A DNA stretch of 35,125 bases from Candidatus Fermentibacterota bacterium (lineage in GTDB: Bacteria > JAFGKV01), in NCBI GenBank assembly GCA_016928395.1, contig JAFGKV010000038.1, positions 1-35,125 of the forward strand. The letters are read 5' to 3'. The notes under the pieces are model-generated. The model ran no database searches, was not told the DNA's origin, and saw only the letters and a list, made by a program, of their open reading frames with translations. This document shows positions 34,307 through 35,125 of the stretch, piece after piece. Made by a program: the position numbers and the translations under genes. Positions within the stretch are counted from its first letter, which is position 1. The number at the start of each line of letters is the position of its first letter.

Positions 34307-34633
34307 CTACGTGCCCGTTCCGATCTCTATGTCCTGATAGGTCCGGAGCTTGTCTATCTGTTCCAGCAAGCCTTGGCGAATCAGCCTCGAAGCCTCCAGG
34401 AATCGCGGGTTGGATACCCGGTAGAGGACCTCGCGTCCATCCTTGCGGAAATCGACTACCCCCTTGTAGCGCATTACTCTCAGATGCTGAGATGCGATCT
34501 GCATCGTCACACCGAGGCTCTCGGCGATCTCGCCCACCGACCGCTCCTCGTCTCCCAAAAACCACATAATGCGCAGACGCTTCGCATCCGAGAAGACGGC
34601 ACACAAATCGGCGTGTAGTTCGAAAATATCCAT
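34307..34633 (-). CDS. ArsR/SmtB-family transcriptional regulator
   Basis: FSDAKRLRI, SVGEIAE, SQHLRVM, RKDGREVLY. Confidence 0.92.
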   Translation of the reverse strand: MDIFELHADLCAVFSDAKRLRIMWFLGDEERSVGEIAESLGVTMQIASQHLRVMRYKGVVDFRKDGREVLYRVSNPRFLEASRLIRQGLLEQIDKLRTYQDIEIGTGT

Positions 34634-34744
34634 TCATCACCGTGGTGCTTTGATCATAACCTTCCCTACCCCATCCAGGGCAGGGGTGGGAAGTGTGTGA
34701 GTGTCGCTAGTGCACAATTGCGTACTTGGCCAATAGTGGGCCGT

Positions 34745-34771
34745 ATTATCACCCTCCAAAGCCCCTGTCAA
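34745..34771 (-). promoter_or_regulatory. Possible sigma-70 promoter for arsR
   Basis: Minus strand TTGACA-N15-GATAAT; perfect -35 but short spacer. Confidence 0.3.
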
Positions 34772-35125
34772 GTGAGCAATGAGTATCCTCGTGGGCATGG
34801 ATCGCAGCGATGGCCCCCCGCCCGGATCACGGAGCACCAGGCCATAGGTGAGCGCCACATCCCCACCTGGTAATGCGAAGCCTTGGTACTCGGGTTCACC
34901 CGTGCGATCACGCACCCAGAGCCGCGAGGTACGCGTGGCGGTATGCCGTGAGGAAGGCGGGTATCCGCCGCGAAATCTCACCGACCCGTGGGGGTGAAGC
35001 ACAGGGTAGACCCACCTGAGGGGTGAAGCGACGCGAAGCCCCATAGCCCGGATATTTCATGAGGGGTTGGGATCGGGGGTAAAAGAGGGGTGGAGCCTGG
35101 CCAGACGAGACCGAGCCGCGATCGC

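Noticed and set aside
34637-35125. 135-aa minus-strand ORF and short GGGGTGAAGC direct repeat
   Set aside because: No recognisable protein features; only two repeat copies and context is cut by the window edge.

Overview
GC-rich bacterial window, probably from an anaerobe. A secreted protein with a C-terminal FlgD-Ig-like domain hints at an FCB-related candidate phylum (inference only). The left part (1-13.8 kb) is mixed housekeeping and accessory: TPR protein, PMM/PGM, cyanophycinase-like peptidase, CutA, MBL hydrolase, holin-phosphodiesterase fusion, adenylate kinase, SGNH protein, TrxC, DUF302, radical SAM and a secreted DJ-1/PKD/LamG/FlgD protein. At 14.4-16.6 kb is a single-chain fusion of monoheme c, a 4-TM domain, cytochrome b5 and a reductive-type octaheme HAO. 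The right half (17.3-34.6 kb) is the main candidate for an undescribed system. It is a tightly coupled minus-strand cluster: arsR, dsrE, tusA, atypical mvhD, hdrA with a GltD insert, a second hdrA, a small HTH, hdrC, a CCG protein, an FeS-GcvH-like fusion, nuoE/hydC, hydD, nuoF/hydB, a histidine kinase, a sigma-54 regulator and archaemetzincin. It converges on a sigma-54-promoter-driven gene for a second GcvH-like protein. Both GcvH-like domains lack the lipoyl lysine and share a 4-Cys motif. No rRNA, tRNA, CRISPR array or mobile element was seen. All calls come from motif recognition by eye, without database searches.
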